39,734 bases of DNA. Source: Candidatus Saccharimonadota bacterium. GTDB taxonomy: Bacteria; Patescibacteriota; Saccharimonadia; Saccharimonadales; UBA7683. The stretch's first letter is position 1; the number at the start of each line of letters is the position of its first letter. Below are positions 30,350 to 39,594 of this stretch, piece after piece. Made by a program: the position numbers and the translations under genes. The notes below the pieces were generated by a model. That model had not been told where the DNA came from. It made no database searches and saw nothing but the letters and a program-made list of their open reading frames with translations. The DNA lies in the NCBI GenBank assembly GCA_018061375.1, contig JAGOUG010000001.1, forward strand, positions 1-39,734, read 5' to 3'.

Positions 30350-32727
30350 TGTTAAATAGTATCTCGAGCTCTATCTTGAAACTTAAAAATATCTTTGGGA
30401 TAGCCCTTTTCTTATTAATCTGTTCATTTATGCTAAATAGTAACATTGCACATGCAATATATAATAATAATTCGAATGTGCCACAGTATATTAGAGATAA
30501 GATGAATCCGGGTATGGGACAGACAGGGAAGAGTGGTCGGAAATGTGAGGGCGGTTTCAATAATGCACAGTGGATTTGGGCTTCTAAAGATACTGACAGC
30601 GATTCAGGAACCCCTGCTAGCTTGACGCCGATAGACATACCCGATTCCGCAAATACTTTAGCCCTCAGGGCGAACTTACTAGGGGCATACTGTGACAGTA
30701 TTATTAGTCCATCGACTGGTAATATTACCGATAAATCGCTAGATCGGACAGGGATTACCATTACTAATACTATTACCGTCACGACACGAAAAAACGGAGT
30801 TGTTGTTCCTGGCGCAAATATAACTGTTGTATTTCCTGATTCAGATAGGTCTGTGATTCAAAGTTATAATGAGGCTGGAAATAATAATTGGCGCTATACC
30901 AAAAAGATCGGATCGGGGCGCGATGGCGTAGCGGCAAATCTCCCATTCAGCTTAGCCGGGCTTAATAACCTTCCGGCGAGTGATGATATGTATGTTATAA
31001 CACTAACGTTGCCCGTTCGGATGGTAAACGATTTTCCTAATAAGTATCCGTCTAACCAGGGGCCTGCTCGCTTTATTTGTGTGGATGGTAGCAAAAACTC
31101 AACCCAGAATATTTTCGGATCTTCAGGCCAGGCATGTAATGAAAGATTTTTGCCAGTGACCATTAAGGTTCGTATACAGCCAGAGTGGGCGGGGGAATGC
31201 AGTATCACGAGTATAAATGGCATAAACCCAGACCTGAACGGTAGGATTGTATTACAGCCAGGCCAGACGTTTGACGCAGGTTTTAGGGTCAAGAATAGTG
31301 GAACCAGAAATTGGTCAACTTTTTTTATGAAACTTGGGACAAATGATCCGCTAGACAATACGACATGGGGCCCACAGCGAACTACTATAGTCCAACAAAC
31401 TACTATTAATGGTTTCCCTGTTGTCTTAGCTAACGGCGGTACCTCAAGTTGGACTACTTCTGGTAAGCCTTATACTGCTCCGTCGAGTCCAGGAGAGTAC
31501 AGCTTCAGTTGGAGAATTTTACAAGAGGGAGGTGCATATCCTGATAATAAGACGATTGTTAATATGGCCGAGTGCGATAGTCCTATAGTGGTTAAGGTTA
31601 AAGAGAACAAACCATTTATATACGCATCTGGTGGTGATGTAGTTAGCGGCGCCTTATTTACAGACAGTGGACCGTGCCAGTTGAATGCGACTAATACTAA
31701 GGCTACGAGTGCTAACATTAAAACTAATGGCTATTTTGACGGCTCAATTCTCACGGGTCTAAACGGGTCTTCGGGTGGACAGTATAGCGTCTTTGCAAGC
31801 GGTATGATTGGAGATGTTAATAATTCTGGAGAGCAGGCGTTTAGGGGCAACTATGGTTATGCCCGTTATTCCCAGTCGGGTTCTTCAGATGATCTATTTG
31901 ATGGATTATTCGCAAATTTAAATGTACAAGGTGATTTTGGACAGTTTTACAAAGACGATCCTAGTCCACCACTACCGTGCGTAGATGTGAGTGCAGAGAT
32001 GGCGAGTGCTGCGGCAAACCCCGCCCTTGATGAGCCTGCAGCAATAACATTTGTAGCCTCAGGCTCTGGTTACATGAAACGCACTGGTAAACTTGATATT
32101 CCGGCAACTCTACTAACTGCAGGAACACGTAAGACTATTGTTGTAGATGGTAATGTTACGATAAAAGGCAACATTACGTACCCAGCTTCATATACTTCGG
32201 CTAGTATTCCGTATCTTAAAATTATCGCAAATAATATATATATAGAAGCCAACGCAAAGCAGATAGATGCAAATTTGGTCGCATATCCTAATACAGCTAC
32301 TAACGGCGTACTGGACACATGCAGCAACATGCAATGGCAACCGAGTGCTGTCGCTACACCAGGAAATTGGAGCTCCACCGAGAAGATGACTACAGGTTCT
32401 TGTAAGCGTACCCCAAATAGTTTCGTAGTAAACGGAGCTGTTGCTGCACGTCGAATTCTTTGGAAGCGTACGAACGGTACGCTAGGACTTAAAGATAGCG
32501 CCGCAGATCCGACCTGTTACTTTGCTAACTATGACGATGCAGCCGATGTTCCTTGGATAAACCCTGCTGCTGCTAATAAAGTAGACTTAGCTGTGCAAAG
32601 ATATGAAAAGTGTGCGGCCGAACTTATAAAGTTTAGCCCGGAGGCGTATCTCGCTGGGTTTACGTCAGGTTCACAAAATCTTGGAACGGTTCCGACTTCT
32701 ACCCAAGAATTGCCGCCGATATTCTAA
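30349..32727 (+). CDS. large secreted Cys-rich surface protein with NBR1-like Ig module and beta-helix-like C-terminal part (about 792 aa)
   Basis: The signal peptide is IFGIALFLLICSFMLNSNIAHA. PGQTFDAGFRVKNSGTRNWS...PGEYSFSWRILQEGG fits the NBR1/Ig-like pattern. The mature part has 12 Cys. The repetitive VVDGNVTIKGNITY...IIANNIYIEANAKQIDANLVAY suggests a beta-solenoid. Confidence 0.85.
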   Translation: MLNSISSSILKLKNIFGIALFLLICSFMLNSNIAHAIYNNNSNVPQYIRDKMNPGMGQTGKSGRKCEGGFNNAQWIWASKDTDSDSGTPASLTPIDIPDSANTLALRANLLGAYCDSIISPSTGNITDKSLDRTGITITNTITVTTRKNGVVVPGANITVVFPDSDRSVIQSYNEAGNNNWRYTKKIGSGRDGVAANLPFSLAGLNNLPASDDMYVITLTLPVRMVNDFPNKYPSNQGPARFICVDGSKNSTQNIFGSSGQACNERFLPVTIKVRIQPEWAGECSITSINGINPDLNGRIVLQPGQTFDAGFRVKNSGTRNWSTFFMKLGTNDPLDNTTWGPQRTTIVQQTTINGFPVVLANGGTSSWTTSGKPYTAPSSPGEYSFSWRILQEGGAYPDNKTIVNMAECDSPIVVKVKENKPFIYASGGDVVSGALFTDSGPCQLNATNTKATSANIKTNGYFDGSILTGLNGSSGGQYSVFASGMIGDVNNSGEQAFRGNYGYARYSQSGSSDDLFDGLFANLNVQGDFGQFYKDDPSPPLPCVDVSAEMASAAANPALDEPAAITFVASGSGYMKRTGKLDIPATLLTAGTRKTIVVDGNVTIKGNITYPASYTSASIPYLKIIANNIYIEANAKQIDANLVAYPNTATNGVLDTCSNMQWQPSAVATPGNWSSTEKMTTGSCKRTPNSFVVNGAVAARRILWKRTNGTLGLKDSAADPTCYFANYDDAADVPWINPAAANKVDLAVQRYEKCAAELIKFSPEAYLAGFTSGSQNLGTVPTSTQELPPIF

Positions 32728-32741
32728 ATCAAGTATTTTGA

Positions 32742-32770
32742 TTGGCAGTTTAAAATGCTTATGTTACACT
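32742..32770 (+). promoter_or_regulatory. Candidate pilM-operon promoter (TTGGCA-17 nt-TGtTACACT)
   Basis: The -35 is at 32742-32747 and the -10 at 32765-32770, with TG at 32762-32763. The ATG lies 11 nt after the -10, giving a very short leader. Confidence 0.45.
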
Positions 32771-32781
32771 AGTCAGTAAGC

Positions 32782-33837
32782 ATGAAGAGTTCTATTTTCA
32801 ACGCGGTGGGCGACTTCTTCGCACTAGATATCGGCAGCTCAGCAATTCGAGTTGTGCAACTTAAGGGTTCCGGTGCAAACAGGACCCTTCTTAAATACGG
32901 CGCAGCACCGATAGATGTTAAGATGGCACTTTCAGACGCGCAGGCAGATCAGACTGCGGTAGCAGGTGTAATTACGGGCTTACTCGCAGAGGCGGGAATT
33001 ACCACGAAGAACGTTATTGTCGGGCTTCCTGCAAATAAGACATTTGTAACTGTTGTTGATCTTCCAAAAATGAATCCACAAGAACTTGCCAGTACTATTA
33101 AGTACCAGGCAGATCAATTTATACCAATGGCTACTGAGGATTCTAAAATAGACTGGGCGGTTATTGGCGATTCTCCTGCAGAAGAAGGCAAAGCTGAGGT
33201 GCTACTTGCCAGTGTGTCTAATGCTTTTAGCGAAAAGCGTTTAGAGATGCTCGAATCTATTGGCCTTAATGTTATTGGGCTTGAGCCAGAGGCACTTGCA
33301 CTTGCTCGGGCACTTACGCCAGCCTCGGGTGCTACAAACGCGCAAATGATTGTTGATATGGGTGAATATGCCACGGATATTGTAGTTACTCTAGGTGGCA
33401 TGCCACGGTTGGTCAGATCTATTCCAACCGGAGGTCAGAGTTTACTAAAATCTGCAAAGCAGAACCTCAATATTGATGATAATCAGGCAAGACAGTTTGT
33501 GTATAAGTTTGGGTTTGATAAAACGAAACTAGAAGGTCAGATATTCAAGGCGCTTGAACCTACCGCACAGGTAATAATTTCTGAAGTTCAAAAATCTATG
33601 AAGTTCTTTTCTACACGCTATCAGAATACACAGCTCAGCGGTATTGTGACTTCTGGTGCCGCAGCGCTACTACCCGGGTTTCATCAGTATCTTTCAGCTT
33701 CAGCAAATAATACACCGGTCCAGGCCGGTAATTCTTGGCAGAACGTAAGCTACAGTAATGCTGCCCACGAGCAACTCATGAGTGTGAATCACCAATTTGC
33801 AGTGGCTTCAGGTTTAGCGCAGAGGAACACGATATGA
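32782..33837 (+). CDS. pilM: type IV pilus assembly protein PilM (actin-like ATPase fold)
   Basis: FALDIGSSAIRVVQL is the phosphate-1 motif. The protein is 351 aa and is followed by pilN/pilO with overlapping stops and starts. Confidence 0.88.
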   Translation: MKSSIFNAVGDFFALDIGSSAIRVVQLKGSGANRTLLKYGAAPIDVKMALSDAQADQTAVAGVITGLLAEAGITTKNVIVGLPANKTFVTVVDLPKMNPQELASTIKYQADQFIPMATEDSKIDWAVIGDSPAEEGKAEVLLASVSNAFSEKRLEMLESIGLNVIGLEPEALALARALTPASGATNAQMIVDMGEYATDIVVTLGGMPRLVRSIPTGGQSLLKSAKQNLNIDDNQARQFVYKFGFDKTKLEGQIFKALEPTAQVIISEVQKSMKFFSTRYQNTQLSGIVTSGAAALLPGFHQYLSASANNTPVQAGNSWQNVSYSNAAHEQLMSVNHQFAVASGLAQRNTI

Positions 33838-34520
33838 TAGAAATTAACCTATTGCCGACGGTTAAGAAGGATTATCTTAAGGCTCAGCAAATGAAGCACA
33901 CGGTTATTATTGCCGCCGTGCTTACCTCAATCGTTGCCGTAGTGCTGCTTGTGTTGGTATTTGCATACGTGCAAGTCGTACAGCCTCAGCATCAGAAGAA
34001 TGTTCAGGAAGATATCGATTCTGGCGTGAAGGCACTGCAAGAGAAGAATGATGCAGTTAAAATTGTGACGGTACAGGGTGCACTTGAACAGTTATCACCG
34101 CTTCAGGATAAAAAGAAGATTAGCTCGAACATATTTGGTTATCTTACTGAATTTACTCCTAAAGGCGTAACTTACGGAAATATTAAACTCAACATGACTG
34201 ATGGGACACTCGGCTTACAGGGAAGTGCAACAAGCCTAGAGCAGGCAAACATACTGGCTAATAACCTAAAAAGTGCTAAGTTTACCTACACCAAAGACGA
34301 TTCTACCCAAACCCTGACACCATTTTCAGAGGTGATATTTGAAGGTTTAAGCAAGAGTGACCAGGCAACTACGGCTAAGAACGTTAGCTTCCAGATTAAT
34401 TTTAAAGTAGACCCACTGTTATTTGACCAGTCAATTAAGGGTGGAAAGATTACCGTGAACGCATCTTCAGAGCAGCTACTACTTCAATCTGATAAGCCGT
34501 TTCAAGAAGGGGCGCAGTAA
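33834..34520 (+). CDS. pilN: PilN-like pilus alignment protein
   Basis: The N-terminus is IEINLLP followed by a single TM. The gene overlaps pilM by 4 nt. Confidence 0.7.
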   Translation: MIEINLLPTVKKDYLKAQQMKHTVIIAAVLTSIVAVVLLVLVFAYVQVVQPQHQKNVQEDIDSGVKALQEKNDAVKIVTVQGALEQLSPLQDKKKISSNIFGYLTEFTPKGVTYGNIKLNMTDGTLGLQGSATSLEQANILANNLKSAKFTYTKDDSTQTLTPFSEVIFEGLSKSDQATTAKNVSFQINFKVDPLLFDQSIKGGKITVNASSEQLLLQSDKPFQEGAQ

Positions 34521-35149
34521 TGAATAAACAACCAGCAAAACCAGGCTCAAAACGTGATAAAATCGTCAAAGCCAATTCTACAGTGTTTATTGCAGTCGCA
34601 ATCGCCGCAGTAGTTGTGATGTTTTCACTGATTTCTATGAAGTTTTTATGGGAGAAGCTGACTTATAACTCAAGGGTTATTACTGCAAAGACGAAGGCAC
34701 GTAATGATATTGAAACCAATGCTACTAATATTGACAAACTTACTGAAGAGTTCAGTGCACTTGATTCAAGCGCAACAACAAATTCTAAAATAATCCTCCA
34801 TGCCCTGCCACCAAATTACGACTATCCGGCACTCGCTACATTTATGGAATCTCTTGCAATTACATCGGGCGTAACATCACCCGGCTCTGTTGGTTTAGAC
34901 ATGTCTGCTACCGCAGTAAAAACGGCAATTGTTTCTCAGCCAGTTGAAATTCCACTGAGTCTCGAAGTTAGTGGTAGCTACGATTCGATTGTGCAGTTTA
35001 TTAAAAATACCGAATACAGTATTCGTCCGATTCATATCAGTAACGTCGAATTTTCAGGCACAAATGAGCAGCTGAAGGCAACAATTACGGCTACGACATA
35101 CTATCAACCAGCTCGTGACCTTGGTGTTGGTAAAATGGAGGTGAAATAA
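34520..35149 (+). CDS. pilO: PilO-like pilus alignment protein
   Basis: An N-terminal TM is followed by a coiled-coil region. Position after pilN and a 1-nt overlap support the call. Confidence 0.55.
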   Translation: MNKQPAKPGSKRDKIVKANSTVFIAVAIAAVVVMFSLISMKFLWEKLTYNSRVITAKTKARNDIETNATNIDKLTEEFSALDSSATTNSKIILHALPPNYDYPALATFMESLAITSGVTSPGSVGLDMSATAVKTAIVSQPVEIPLSLEVSGSYDSIVQFIKNTEYSIRPIHISNVEFSGTNEQLKATITATTYYQPARDLGVGKMEVK

Positions 35150-35150
35150 T

Positions 35151-35393
35151 ATGAAACAAAATGATATCGGTGCAATAGTGTTAATTGTAGCAGTCGCAGG
35201 TGTGATTTCTTACTTCGCGGCAAATGCGCTTATCGGTAAGCCAGAGACGAATCCTGTGCAAGTAGAGCAAGTTACGCCAGTTGGTGCTACGTTTCCTGCG
35301 CCAGACCCGCGAGTTTTTAATGATAAATCTGTCGATGCAACTGTTGAAATACAAGGGAGTGGTGAGAACACTAATCAGGTATTCGATAATTAA
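35151..35393 (+). CDS. small single-TM protein in the pilus operon (80 aa)
   Basis: The TM segment is IGAIVLIVAVAGVISYFAANALI. It lies between pilO and pilB. No family is recognised. Confidence 0.55.
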   Translation: MKQNDIGAIVLIVAVAGVISYFAANALIGKPETNPVQVEQVTPVGATFPAPDPRVFNDKSVDATVEIQGSGENTNQVFDN

Positions 35394-35407
35394 GCTAGGG
35401 GTGGCCG

Positions 35408-37222
35408 GTGAGTGTCCTTTCAGAAGATAACCAAAAAAAACTTGAACAAATACTTGTAGACTCTAAACTACTGAGTGCAGCTGATTTGGCTACATTTAAA
35501 ACCGCTGCTGCGGCCTCTAAGACACCGTTCCTGAGCTTTTTAGTACAACAGAACCATGTTACGAGCGAACAGCTTACAAAGGCAACTGCACAGGTACTTG
35601 GGTTGCCATACGTAAACCTAGTTGCATCTAAGGTTAACCCGAGTATCTTAAATCTGCTTGCCCAAGATGTTGCCGATAGGTTCATGTCTGTTCCGCTTGG
35701 TGAGATGGAAAATCGCCTGGCTGTTGCAATGTTAGATCCAAATAACGTACAGGCGGTGGATTTTCTTTCAAACAAAATAGGTCGGCCACTTAAGGTGTAT
35801 ATGGCCTCAGAAGAGGGTATCCGTCACGTACTAGACCAATATAACGCTGATCTTCAAAAAGGCATGACAGATGCCATGACCTCTGTAGATAGCGATCTTT
35901 CCGCCGATGATAATTTGGAGCAGTTACTCAGCGGTGGTAAATCTGATGACAAAGAAAAAGATGAAATTAAGACAATTGTCCAAGATTCACCAATTAGTCG
36001 AGCCCTCAGCACAATTTTGGAATACGCAGTCCGTTCAAGGGCTTCTGATATTCATATAGAACCGCTCGAGGCCACGCTCCGTATCCGCTGCCGTATTGAT
36101 GGAATTTTAAGAGAGATCATGAAGCTGCCTAAAACTATCGAACCGGCGCTTGTCTCTCGTGTTAAGATTCTTTCAAATCTGAAGATAGATGAACACCGTA
36201 TTCCGCAAGATGGTCAGTTCACTGTGCGAATGGGCTCTAGAGACGCGGACCTTCGTATTGCAATTAGTCCGGTTGTTTGGGGTGAACAGGTGATTATTCG
36301 TATTCTAGATAAAAGTAACACAAGTTTTAAGCTTGAAGATCTCGGGTATGCCGGAAGAAGTCTTCGTGCTGTACGGAAGGGGCTAGAGAAGCCAAATGGT
36401 ATGATTTTAACCTCGGGTCCGACAGGTTCGGGTAAATCTACAAGTTTGTATGCGCTTATTCAAGAAATCAAGAATGATGCAATAAATATTGTCACACTTG
36501 AAGATCCAGTTGAATACAAAATGGACGGCGTGAACCAGATTCAGGTTAATCCAGATGTAGGCCTGACGTTTGCTACTGGGCTTCGTTCAATTCTTCGCCA
36601 AGACCCTAACGTTATTCTGGTTGGAGAGATTCGTGACAAAGAAACTGCTAACCTGGCCGTACAGGCAGCTCTCACGGGTCACTTAGTGTTTTCTACACTA
36701 CACACGAACTCTGCAGCAGGGGTGCTTCCGCGATTGCTAGACATGGGTATTGAGCCGTTCTTAATTGCCTCAACAGTTAACACAATTATTGGACAGCGCT
36801 TGGTTAGACATGTTTCTGAAACGAAAACTTCGTATCAGTCGGACGAGGTGGAAGCAAAATCAATTCAGCAGACTCTCGGATCAATATTACCTAAAACACA
36901 GACAGAATCAGCAGAGGCGAGTAAAGATTTAGGTTACGAGGGCTTGCCCCTTGGTACCCAAAACGCTTATACTCTGTATAGAGGTAAAGATACTTCTCAG
37001 ACGCCAGGTGGTTATAAGGGGCGTCTCGGGCTGTACGAAGTAATCGATGTTGATGCAGAGATAGAAAGCATGATACTTTCGCGCTCAACATCAGGAGACA
37101 TCGAAAAAAAGGCAATAGAAAAGGGAATGATAACAATGCGCCAAGACGGGTACCTCAAATCACTAAAGGGTGTTACAACACTCGAAGAGGTAAACCGTGT
37201 AACCGCAGCAGATAGCGTATAA
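35408..37222 (+). CDS. pilB: type IV pilus extension ATPase PilB (GspE family), lacking the tetracysteine Zn motif
   Basis: It has an N-terminal MshEN/GspII_E_N domain and the Walker A motif GPTGSGKST. The Asp and His boxes (LRQDPNVILVGEIRD, TGHLVFSTLHTN) are present. There is only one Cys in 604 aa. Confidence 0.95.
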   Translation: MSVLSEDNQKKLEQILVDSKLLSAADLATFKTAAAASKTPFLSFLVQQNHVTSEQLTKATAQVLGLPYVNLVASKVNPSILNLLAQDVADRFMSVPLGEMENRLAVAMLDPNNVQAVDFLSNKIGRPLKVYMASEEGIRHVLDQYNADLQKGMTDAMTSVDSDLSADDNLEQLLSGGKSDDKEKDEIKTIVQDSPISRALSTILEYAVRSRASDIHIEPLEATLRIRCRIDGILREIMKLPKTIEPALVSRVKILSNLKIDEHRIPQDGQFTVRMGSRDADLRIAISPVVWGEQVIIRILDKSNTSFKLEDLGYAGRSLRAVRKGLEKPNGMILTSGPTGSGKSTSLYALIQEIKNDAINIVTLEDPVEYKMDGVNQIQVNPDVGLTFATGLRSILRQDPNVILVGEIRDKETANLAVQAALTGHLVFSTLHTNSAAGVLPRLLDMGIEPFLIASTVNTIIGQRLVRHVSETKTSYQSDEVEAKSIQQTLGSILPKTQTESAEASKDLGYEGLPLGTQNAYTLYRGKDTSQTPGGYKGRLGLYEVIDVDAEIESMILSRSTSGDIEKKAIEKGMITMRQDGYLKSLKGVTTLEEVNRVTAADSV

Positions 37223-37231
37223 GGAGGTGGG

Positions 37232-38299
37232 ATGGCTACAGCACTAAGGATAGAAAATTTACTTGAACATGTAATAAAGAACAAGGCATCTGACCTTCAT
37301 CTTCAGGTGGGTCTTGCCCCAATGCTCCGTGTAGACGGTAAGCTGAGTGCTATTGCAGACACGCCTGTTCTTACTGAGGCTCAGGTAGAGGGCTTGATTT
37401 TTGCAATTTTAGATGATGATCAGAAACAGGTGCTCTTAAAAGATAAAGAATTCGATTTCAGTTTCGCCTTTGGTGAACTCGGCCGATTCCGTGTAAATGC
37501 CTACCACGAACGAGGTAACCTCGCTGCAGCGCTTCGCTTGATTCCAAATGAAATTCTGACTACAGAACAACTCGGACTTCCAGAAATTGTAAATACGTTT
37601 GCAGATTATCCGCGTGGCCTTGTACTGGTAACTGGTCCGACCGGCTCTGGTAAGTCAACCACACTTGCAGCTCTGGTAGATAAAATTAATACCGAACGTT
37701 CCGAGCATATTATTACCATTGAAGATCCAATTGAGTTTACGCATAAATCAAAATCATCAGTAGTAGTACAACGAGAGGTCCACTACGATACCTACTCTTT
37801 TAGTGCGGCACTTCGTTCCAGCTTACGCCAAGACCCAGATGTAGTACTGATTGGAGAAATGCGAGATTTAGAAACAATTTCAGCGGCTATTACAATTGCA
37901 GAAACTGGTCACCTGGTGTTTGCGACGCTGCACACCAACTCTGCCGCACAATCAATCGACCGTATGATAGACGTGTTCCCACCACACCAGCAACCACAAA
38001 TTCGGTCTCAGCTATCTAATATACTAATGGCAATCTGTTCTCAGCGGCTTGTACCAACTATTGGTGGTGGCCGTGTAGCAGCTGCTGAGGTGTTGATTGC
38101 CAACCCGGCCGTCAGAAATATTATTAGAGAAGGTAAGAGCCACCAGCTCGACGCCGTTATTCAGACAGGTGCCGATAAGGGTATGCAATCTATGGACAGA
38201 ACACTGATATCACTTATTAAAGCGGGTAGCATTACCTACGATGATGCCAAAACGTTTGCTATAGATCTAGAAGAATTTGAACGATTGATGCGAGGCTAG
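37232..38299 (+). CDS. pilT: type IV pilus retraction ATPase PilT
   Basis: A 355-aa protein with GPTGSGKST and the PilT signature AVRNIIREGK. A consensus SD (AAGGAGGTGG) is present. Confidence 0.95.
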   Translation: MATALRIENLLEHVIKNKASDLHLQVGLAPMLRVDGKLSAIADTPVLTEAQVEGLIFAILDDDQKQVLLKDKEFDFSFAFGELGRFRVNAYHERGNLAAALRLIPNEILTTEQLGLPEIVNTFADYPRGLVLVTGPTGSGKSTTLAALVDKINTERSEHIITIEDPIEFTHKSKSSVVVQREVHYDTYSFSAALRSSLRQDPDVVLIGEMRDLETISAAITIAETGHLVFATLHTNSAAQSIDRMIDVFPPHQQPQIRSQLSNILMAICSQRLVPTIGGGRVAAAEVLIANPAVRNIIREGKSHQLDAVIQTGADKGMQSMDRTLISLIKAGSITYDDAKTFAIDLEEFERLMRG

Positions 38300-38304
38300 G
38301 CACA

Positions 38305-39513
38305 ATGATTACTTTTCAGTACACAGCAAAAAACAATACAGGTGGTACCACCAAAGGTTTAGTTGAAGCTGATACTGAAGGTGCCGCAGCAAAGTTATTA
38401 GTTGCACAGGGCCTAACTCCGCTGAGTATAGAGATTAAACAAGAGGGTAGTGCACTGCTGGGTAAGTTTACTAACCGTGTAAGCACAAAAGACAGAATCA
38501 TTTTTACGCGTCAGCTAGCGACGCTCATTAATGCGGGACTCCCACTCACGCAGAGTCTCCATACGGTTGCAGAGCAGGCCGACAGTAAGCAGCTTGCCGT
38601 GATTCTAAATAAGGTTATTTCCTCTGTAGAAGGTGGTATTACACTTTCGGAGTCACTGTCTAAGCACCCGAAGGTATTTAATGAAGTATATATTGCACTG
38701 GTAGCAGCAGGTGAGACCTCCGGTACGCTTGATCAAGCATTGGAGCGTATTGCCAACCAGCAAGAAAAAGATGCCGATATGATCAGTAAAGTACGTGGAG
38801 CTCTTATATACCCACTCATAGTTACCTTCGTAATTTTTGGTGTGGTCACGTTCCTACTCACAACGGTTGTTCCTCAAATCGAGCTTTTATATACAGATTT
38901 TGATAAAGACCTTCCGTTCCTGACAGCCGTACTTATAACAATTGCCAAGATTATTATGAATTACTGGTGGTTAATAATCATGGTTTCTATAGGGGTTATC
39001 TTCTTCCTTCGTAGATGGCTTAAAACAAATTCCGGCATTCAATTCGCAGATAGATTCAAGCTTAAGGTACCGCTATTTGGTGATCTGTTCAGAAAGCTTT
39101 ATATGGCACGATTTTCTCGAACTGGGCAAACATTGGTTGCCAGTGGTGTACAAATGCTAGAGATGCTACGGATTACTGCACAGGCAGTCGACAACGTGCA
39201 TATAGCAGCGGCAATTGGTAGGGCAGCTGAGAAGGTTAAGGGTGGCGCCGCGCTTTCAGATTCACTTAAAGACGAACCAACGTTCTTGCCGCTTGTATCC
39301 CAGATGTTAAAAGTTGGTGAACAATCCGGTGCGGTAGATAAAATGATGGACAAATCCGCTACATATTATGAGAATGAGCTCGATAATAAGATTAAAACCA
39401 TCAGCACAACCATAGAGCCGGTTTTAATGGTGCTACTAGCGATTGTCGTTGGAATTATAGTGCTTGCCATCTTGGTCCCAGTGTACGGGCTTGCCAGTGA
39501 AAGTCTTACCTAG
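38305..39513 (+). CDS. pilC: type IV pilus platform protein PilC (GspF family)
   Basis: It has two GspF-type repeats and three TM segments in 402 aa. Confidence 0.94.
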   Translation: MITFQYTAKNNTGGTTKGLVEADTEGAAAKLLVAQGLTPLSIEIKQEGSALLGKFTNRVSTKDRIIFTRQLATLINAGLPLTQSLHTVAEQADSKQLAVILNKVISSVEGGITLSESLSKHPKVFNEVYIALVAAGETSGTLDQALERIANQQEKDADMISKVRGALIYPLIVTFVIFGVVTFLLTTVVPQIELLYTDFDKDLPFLTAVLITIAKIIMNYWWLIIMVSIGVIFFLRRWLKTNSGIQFADRFKLKVPLFGDLFRKLYMARFSRTGQTLVASGVQMLEMLRITAQAVDNVHIAAAIGRAAEKVKGGAALSDSLKDEPTFLPLVSQMLKVGEQSGAVDKMMDKSATYYENELDNKIKTISTTIEPVLMVLLAIVVGIIVLAILVPVYGLASESLT

Positions 39514-39532
39514 AAAATAAGCATAAATAGTA

Positions 39533-39560
39533 TTGACATCGGTGCTAGTATGCCTATAAT
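39533..39560 (+). promoter_or_regulatory. Near-consensus promoter of the pilin gene (TTGACA-16 nt-TATAAT)
   Basis: The -35 is at 39533-39538 and the -10 at 39555-39560. The SD AAGGGGTGG precedes ATG 39595. Confidence 0.6.
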
Positions 39561-39594
39561 GATAAGCATTACAACAAGATAATAAAGGGGTGGT

